A stretch of DNA of 32,000 bases from Aquifex aeolicus VF5 (GTDB lineage Bacteria > Aquificota > Aquificia > Aquificales > Aquificaceae): positions 90,001-122,000 of the forward strand of contig NC_000918.1 in the NCBI RefSeq assembly GCF_000008625.1, in the 5' to 3' direction. The notes beneath the pieces are model-generated. The model ran no database searches. It saw only the letters and a program-made list of their open reading frames with translations, and was not told where the DNA came from. This document shows, in pieces, positions 27,443 through 32,000 of the stretch (positions are counted from its first letter, which is position 1; every line of letters begins with the position of its first letter). The position numbers were made by a program, and so were the translations under genes.

Positions 27443-27884
27443 CTTTTGACCTCTCGGTGGTTTCTAAAGAAACTTCTTTAACTATCCTGTCAAGGAACGC
27501 GTCAAGGTCCTCGGGGAACTTTTCGAACTTGAGTTCTTCGGGGTAAACCCTTTCCACCACTTCGGGCGGCGGATTTCCGAAACCTATTGCTGGAACGATG
27601 TTCTTCGCTCCCCTTCTGACCGCTTCTCCGATTGCTATCCTGTAAGCTTCCCTCAGGGCCGTTTCAATATCCTTGAACCTGTCCACTTCGTCTCCTAGTT
27701 CGTACAGGGTTATGTCGTAGGCTTCTTCCTTGAACTTTTCCCAGTCTCTGATACCTCTGATGTAGTACTTTCCCTGACTTCCTGTGAGTTCAACGCTAGA
27801 GAGGTCGTCGAGCTTAAATGTAACGATGTAGTAATCTACAAGTTCCCTGTCCGCGTAAACGTCTATAAAGAAGAAAAACTCCAT
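27420..27884 (-). CDS. acidic hypothetical protein ending in an SSB-tip-like DDDEIPF motif
   Basis: 154 aa. The 3' end overlaps the hslU start by 23 nt. The C-terminus reads ...[14 protein letters not shown] recognise no domain. Confidence 0.6.
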   Translation of the reverse strand: MEFFFFIDVYADRELVDYYIVTFKLDDLSSVELTGSQGKYYIRGIRDWEKFKEEAYDITLYELGDEVDRFKDIETALREAYRIAIGEAVRRGAKNIVPAIGFGNPPPEVVERVYPEELKFEKFPEDLDAFLDRIVKEVSLETTERSKDDDEIPF

Positions 27885-27937
27885 CTTATTAATAATATTT
27901 CTACAAGCTTACTTTTTAAAGGCTATTATAAAAGTGT

Positions 27938-28960
27938 ATGGAACTGGTAAGGGAACTGCTAAGGAAAATAGCTGAATTTGAAAACCTAACTGCGGAAGAA
28001 ATGTACAACTTGATGAAAGAAGTGGCGGAGGGAAGGGCAACGGACGCCCAGATCGGAGCACTCGTAATGGGAACAAAGATGAAGGGGGAAACTCCTGAGG
28101 AAATAGAGGGTGCAGTAAAGCTCTTCAGGGAAAAAGTCGTAAGGGTTCCCGTAAAAGATCCTGAAGAGCTCGTGGACGTAGTAGGAACGGGAGGAGATAA
28201 AAGTTCTACTTTTAACGTTTCCACTGTTACTGGGTTTGTTCTCGCTGGTGCAGGAGTAAAAGTGGCAAAACATGGGAACCGCTCCGTCTCTTCAAAAAGC
28301 GGTAGTGCGGATTTTCTGGAAGCCCTCGGAGCAAAAGTAGAACTTCTCCCTGAAAAGGTGGCGAGACTTATTGAAGAAGTGGGATTCGGATTTATGTTCG
28401 CTCCGCTCTTCCACCCCGCCATGAAAAGGGTCGTTTCTCCGAGAAGGGAGGTGGGAGTCCGATCCATTTTTAATTTGATAGGACCACTTACAAACCCCGC
28501 GGGTGTAAAGAGGTATCTCCTCGGTGTTTTTTCAAAGGAATACGTTGATAAATTCGCAAAAGCCCTTAAAAACCTCGGCGTTAAAAAGGCATTCGTCGTG
28601 CACGGGGAAGGTGGTATTGACGAGGTGAGCGTAGAAGGGGAAACCTACGTTACGGAAGTTTCAGAAGAAGGGATAAGGAGTTTTACCTTTTCTCCTGAAG
28701 AACTCGGTGTAAAGAGAAAGTCTCTGAGTGAAGTTAGGGTAAACTCCCCGGAAGAGAGCGTAAAAGTTGCACTTTCAGTTTTGAGAGGAGAAGAGGGAAC
28801 GCCGAGGGATATGGTTCTCCTGAACGCAAGCTTCGGAATTCTCGTATCTGAAAGGGCAGGGGATATAAAGGAAGCCTTTGAAATGGCTAAGGAGTCCATA
28901 GACAGCGGAAAGGCTCTGGAGGTATTGGAGAAGTATGTGGAACTCTCAAATAAAATCTGA
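27938..28960 (+). CDS. trpD: anthranilate phosphoribosyltransferase
   Basis: 340 aa with VGTGGDKSSTFNVST and KHGNRSVSS motifs. Confidence 0.95.
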   Translation: MELVRELLRKIAEFENLTAEEMYNLMKEVAEGRATDAQIGALVMGTKMKGETPEEIEGAVKLFREKVVRVPVKDPEELVDVVGTGGDKSSTFNVSTVTGFVLAGAGVKVAKHGNRSVSSKSGSADFLEALGAKVELLPEKVARLIEEVGFGFMFAPLFHPAMKRVVSPRREVGVRSIFNLIGPLTNPAGVKRYLLGVFSKEYVDKFAKALKNLGVKKAFVVHGEGGIDEVSVEGETYVTEVSEEGIRSFTFSPEELGVKRKSLSEVRVNSPEESVKVALSVLRGEEGTPRDMVLLNASFGILVSERAGDIKEAFEMAKESIDSGKALEVLEKYVELSNKI

Positions 28961-30162
28961 TGAAGGAAGCCCTTATCCTTTTCTTTCTTATAGTTTCCTA
29001 TAACTACCTCCTTTACTACATAACCGCCAAAGATTTAGCACTAATTCCCCTCTTTCCCGAAAACCCGGAAGAGATCATACTCGTCATAGCCTTCAACTCG
29101 GCCCTTTATATAGGCTGGTTCTTCGGGGAGAGGAGAAAACTCGTAACAATTCTGGGTTATTTATTTTTCTTTCAGACAGTTCTACTCTCTTTAGTGAAGA
29201 AAGATCCCTACACCTTCGTTTCTACCGCTTTTCCCGTGATCTTTACGCTTATGCTAGTTGCTCTATTCAAGAGCCCCTTTGAAAGGGAACTCGAAAGGAT
29301 ACAGAAAGAGAAAGAAGCACTGCTGGAAGAGCTGGAGAAAAACGAAGAGGTAAGACAAAAAGTAGAGGAAGAAAGAGAACGTCTAAAGAAGGAAATATCC
29401 CTCATAAAACTCCAGATAGAACAAAAAGAAAGAGAACTTGAAAGAGCTAAAGAGGCACAGGAGAAACTGGAAGAGGTTGAGAAAAAAGAAAAAGAAGTTA
29501 ATAAACTCAAAGAAAAACTAAGGGAACTCGAGAAAAACTTAAAAAAACAAAAGGAAAAGGAAGAGAAACTCCTAGAATCCAACAGGAAACTATTTCAGTT
29601 GCTTGAACTGCTCGGAAGGAAGGAAGATAAGAGGAGGGGAAGCAAAGAGGTAAGGGAGCTGAGAAAAGAGAGGAAGAAACTGGTCAAGGAAGTTTTAGAG
29701 CTACAGGATCTTCTGGAGATATACTCAAGGGAAAATGAGGAGTTAAAAAAGGAGCTTGAAAAGTTAAAGAGTGAACTAGAAGGGGCCAAAAAGGAAATCG
29801 CTAAACTCTTAACCGAAAAAGAGAATTTATCAAAAGCGGTAAAGAAGAAGGAAGAGATTTACGAGGAAGTCTTAAGAGTTTTCCTTCCGAACGTGAAGTT
29901 TACACCGGAAGCCCTTCAAGAATTCATGAGTTTATCCACTCAGGAGAAGAGGAGGTTTTTGAGGGAATTGGAAAAACTGGAGGAAGGAACGAAGCTCGAG
30001 AGTTTAACAAACGTTCACGGAGTTTACAAGCTCAAGTTCGGAGGTGGAAGGATTTACGTAAGGAAGGAAGGGGACAGGTGGGTAGTTATCGGTATACTGG
30101 ATACGGAGCAGGACAAGGAAAAAGAGCGCTACATAGAGTCTTTGAGGGATAGATTGTATTAA
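28960..30162 (+). CDS. membrane-anchored coiled-coil protein with a C-terminal RelE/ParE-superfamily-like domain
   Basis: 400 aa with about 4 N-terminal TM helices and an about 190-aa K/E-rich coiled coil. The C-terminus VKFTPEALQEFMSLSTQEKRRFLRELEKLEEG...VHGVYKLKFGGGRIYVRKEGDRWVVIGILDTEQ follows the RelE/ParE beta-alpha-alpha-beta3 pattern. The ATG shares one base with the trpD TGA. Confidence 0.65.
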   Translation: MKEALILFFLIVSYNYLLYYITAKDLALIPLFPENPEEIILVIAFNSALYIGWFFGERRKLVTILGYLFFFQTVLLSLVKKDPYTFVSTAFPVIFTLMLVALFKSPFERELERIQKEKEALLEELEKNEEVRQKVEEERERLKKEISLIKLQIEQKERELERAKEAQEKLEEVEKKEKEVNKLKEKLRELEKNLKKQKEKEEKLLESNRKLFQLLELLGRKEDKRRGSKEVRELRKERKKLVKEVLELQDLLEIYSRENEELKKELEKLKSELEGAKKEIAKLLTEKENLSKAVKKKEEIYEEVLRVFLPNVKFTPEALQEFMSLSTQEKRRFLRELEKLEEGTKLESLTNVHGVYKLKFGGGRIYVRKEGDRWVVIGILDTEQDKEKERYIESLRDRLY

Positions 30163-30227
30163 TAGGAGTCTGGTAAAATTGATAAAGGACTTAGCAAAAA
30201 CTTTGATAAAAACAAAGGAGGAAAGAC

Positions 30228-31451
30228 ATGGCAGAATTAAGGGAAACTCTCGAAAGACTCGCATCCTTCAGACCTCAAAATTACTACGTTTCCACCCTTT
30301 ATTTGAGATTAATGCCCGAAGACAGGCAGGACAACAAGTACCTGAGGGTTTACAAGGACCTAGTGAAAAAGAAGGAAAAGGATTTAGAAAACCTGAACCT
30401 GGATAAAGAGGTTCTTGATTCTATAAGGGGGGACATTAAGAACATTCAGGACTTTTTATCCGATCCTAAAAACCTTTACAACTGCAGGGGGATAGCGATA
30501 TTTTCCTGCTCAAAGCTCGGACTGTTTGAGTACGTGAAACTTCCCTACGTTTACAGAAACAGGCTTATGTTCTCACCTGACCCTCTCGTGAGGGAAATAG
30601 CGGCGATAGACGAGGAGTTCGGAAGGGTTGCAGTTCTGCTTCTTGACAGAAAACACATAAGGTACTTCCTCATGGACATAACGGGAATAGAAGAAAAGCT
30701 GGACTTCTTAGAGCCCATGACCACGAGAGCCCACAGGTTCCACAGCGGAGGAGCGCTTCTCAAAGGTGCGGAGGGAACGTTCCAGTACAGAATGCCCGCG
30801 AGGGGTGCAGCGCCAAACGTAGTTCAGCACGGAATGGGTGAGTGGCGTTTCCACATGAGATTAAGGGAAGAGTGGCACAGGATACTCAAACTCGCATCGG
30901 ACGCCCTCTTTGAAGAGTGGAAGAGAATACACTTTGACAAGTTAATAATCGGGGGATTTATAGAAGAAGGTCTGAGGGAAATAGAAAACTTCCTGCACCC
31001 ATACGTTAAAGAAAAACTGGTGGGTTACATAGAGATAACGCCCGAAGAGGCAACTCCCCATCAAGTTTGGGAAAAAGCCCTTGACCTCCTTTGGCAAAAG
31101 GACAGGGAGCAGGAAAAGGAAATAATTAAGGAGCTTGAAGAATTAAAGGGCTGGGGACTCGCGGTTAACGGAACTTCGGAAGTTCTTGAAATGCTAGCCA
31201 TAGGAAACGTAAGAACGCTAATTCTTCCAGAGGACTTTGAAAAACCCGGATACCTCTGTCCGCAGAGTCACCTCGCATTCTTAAAGCCCGAGTGCCCCCT
31301 TCCCGAAGAAAAGCCCATTCCCGTAAGCGACGTGGTTGACGAGGCATTAGAAGAGGCCCTGGATCAAAGGGCAACGATAGAGGTTATAATAGATAAGGAA
31401 CTCCAGAAGAAGGTGGACGGACTTGCGGCGTTCTTAAGGTTTAAGCTATGA
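30228..31451 (+). CDS. bacterial archaeo-eukaryotic release factor 1-like (baeRF1, eRF1/Pelota fold) protein
   Basis: 407 aa with AAGGAGG 8 nt upstream. The C-terminus GLAVNGTSEVLEMLAIGNVRTLILPEDF...ATIEVIIDKELQKKVDGLAAFLRFKL resembles eRF1 domain 3. The central region has FHSGGA where GGQ is expected. Confidence 0.65.
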   Translation: MAELRETLERLASFRPQNYYVSTLYLRLMPEDRQDNKYLRVYKDLVKKKEKDLENLNLDKEVLDSIRGDIKNIQDFLSDPKNLYNCRGIAIFSCSKLGLFEYVKLPYVYRNRLMFSPDPLVREIAAIDEEFGRVAVLLLDRKHIRYFLMDITGIEEKLDFLEPMTTRAHRFHSGGALLKGAEGTFQYRMPARGAAPNVVQHGMGEWRFHMRLREEWHRILKLASDALFEEWKRIHFDKLIIGGFIEEGLREIENFLHPYVKEKLVGYIEITPEEATPHQVWEKALDLLWQKDREQEKEIIKELEELKGWGLAVNGTSEVLEMLAIGNVRTLILPEDFEKPGYLCPQSHLAFLKPECPLPEEKPIPVSDVVDEALEEALDQRATIEVIIDKELQKKVDGLAAFLRFKL

Positions 31452-32000
31452 ACGAGAGGTTAATGATATTCATCGACGGTTCTAATCTGTTTCACGGAAT
31501 ACGGTACTTGAACATAAAGGTGGATTATTCAAAACTCGTGGAGTTCTTGAGGGAGGGGCGCTACCTCGTTCGCGCTTACTTTTACACCGCCGTTCCTCAG
31601 GAAAAGGACATCAAGAAGGGAACGCCCGAGTGGGACAGTCTTCAGAGACAAAAGAGGTTCCTTGACGAACTTTCCTTTATGGGCATAAAAGTGAAGACAG
31701 CTCACTTGAGGAAACTCCCGAGCGGTGAGTACCTGGAAAAGGAAGTTGACATAATGCTTGCCACGGATATGCTCTCCCTTGCTTACAGAAACGCTTACGA
31801 TACGGCTGTTCTCGTTAGCGGGGATAGCGACTTTATACACACCGTGGAAGCGGTGCAGAGTCTGGGAAAGAGGGTGGAAAACGCAACATTCAAGAAAACG
31901 AGTTCCTACAACCTGAGAAAGGTGTGCGACAGGTTCATACTTCTGGACGACCATCTTGACAAGATACTCATGGAGGAGAAGGGTAAAGAAATAGTTCCCG
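31448..32000 (+). CDS. NYN/LabA-like domain protein, predicted RNase (3' end outside the window)
   Basis: It is not in the ORF track because no stop falls within the window. The ATG overlaps the upstream TGA (ATGA). Motifs seen: MIFIDGSNLFHG, KEVDIMLATDM, VLVSGDSDF. Confidence 0.8.
   Translation, partial: MNERLMIFIDGSNLFHGIRYLNIKVDYSKLVEFLREGRYLVRAYFYTAVPQEKDIKKGTPEWDSLQRQKRFLDELSFMGIKVKTAHLRKLPSGEYLEKEVDIMLATDMLSLAYRNAYDTAVLVSGDSDFIHTVEAVQSLGKRVENATFKKTSSYNLRKVCDRFILLDDHLDKILMEEKGKEIVP

Noticed and set aside
27916-28467. 183-aa minus-strand ORF rich in S/T/P
   Set aside because: It is antisense to trpD, whose product has all the family motifs. Its composition is typical of a mirror frame of a G/E/K-rich gene.
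29208-29789. Two Ser/Phe/Leu-rich minus-strand ORFs (124 and 64 aa)
   Set aside because: They are reverse-complement frames of the purine-rich K/E coiled-coil coding region (GAA/AAG read antisense as TTC/CTT). They are low-complexity artefacts.
29280-29830. Purine-rich, repetitive-looking DNA (gaaaaagaa, aaggaa, gagaaa motifs) that might be taken for a tandem repeat or array
   Set aside because: There is no fixed period or repeat-spacer structure. The pattern is explained by codon usage for a K/E-rich coiled coil within one long ORF.
30179-30211. TTGATA ... TTTGATAAAA promoter-like elements upstream of the eRF1-like gene
   Set aside because: The spacing to any acceptable -10 hexamer is poor (17 nt to TTTGAT, 21 nt to ATAAAA). 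I cannot support an internal promoter from the sequence alone.
31529-31954. 141-aa ORF on the minus strand
   Set aside because: It lies entirely antisense to the well-supported NYN/LabA gene (motifs IFIDGSNL, VDIMLATD, SGDSDF on the plus strand). It has no recognisable motifs and is a shadow ORF.
1-32000. Search by eye for CRISPR arrays, tRNA/rRNA genes, IS elements, integrases and prophage genes
   Set aside because: Intergenic regions are nearly all under 100 bp. I saw no repeat-spacer periodicity, no tRNA-sized gaps with cloverleaf potential, and no transposase, integrase or phage-like ORFs. A covariance-model scan would be needed to exclude small ncRNAs formally.

Overview
The window is a densely packed, mostly housekeeping chromosomal segment of a hyperthermophile. 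The K/E-rich proteins, 4-nt ATGA gene overlaps, moderate GC and recognisable orthologues point to Aquifex aeolicus or a close Aquificaceae relative; this attribution is an inference. I can support about 45 protein-coding features. I found no tRNA or rRNA genes, CRISPR arrays, transposases or prophage genes.

Gene content from left to right:
- CobW-like C-terminus, deoC and a short citrate-synthase-like citryl-CoA lyase.
- A haem-A/oxidase maturation cluster: TlpA-like thioredoxin, a small membrane ORF, ctaA, ctaB, a 12-TM oxidase-subunit-I-like protein, a tiny TM ORF and a DUF420/CtaM-like protein.
- skp-like, NUDIX and an FMN nitronate-monooxygenase/FabK-like gene.
- folK, a sigma-54 NtrC-type regulator, rsmE, proC, pgeF, rsgA, bioA and a YbjN-like gene.
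- Two tiny membrane ORFs in a low-GC islet.
- A minus-strand run: atpB, USP-like, atpE, rpmH, yidD, yidC, Cas6-like and an EndoIII-like glycosylase.
- hisF, an OmpA-like lipoprotein, an L,D-transpeptidase, rpoZ, gmk, rfaE2, an aldehyde dehydrogenase and hslU.
- An acidic protein ending in an SSB-tip motif, then trpD.
- The last three genes, described next.

Most interesting observations:
1. The last three genes form a candidate translation/mRNA-targeting cassette. It comprises a membrane-anchored coiled-coil protein with a C-terminal RelE/ParE-like domain, a bacterial eRF1/Pelota-like (baeRF1) protein and a NYN/LabA RNase.
2. A stand-alone Cas6-like gene is translationally coupled to yidC, with no CRISPR array in the window.
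3. A near-perfect 286/287-bp tandem duplication covers a small ORF and the 5' end of ctaA.
4. At least seven single-nucleotide frame disruptions occur at short homopolymers, including in the essential gene gmk and the conserved ribosome-biogenesis gene rsgA. This suggests sequence errors rather than real decay.
5. A haem-copper-oxidase-like 12-TM protein appears to lack the CuB His-His pair.
6. rpmH-yidD-yidC has no rnpA between rpmH and yidD.
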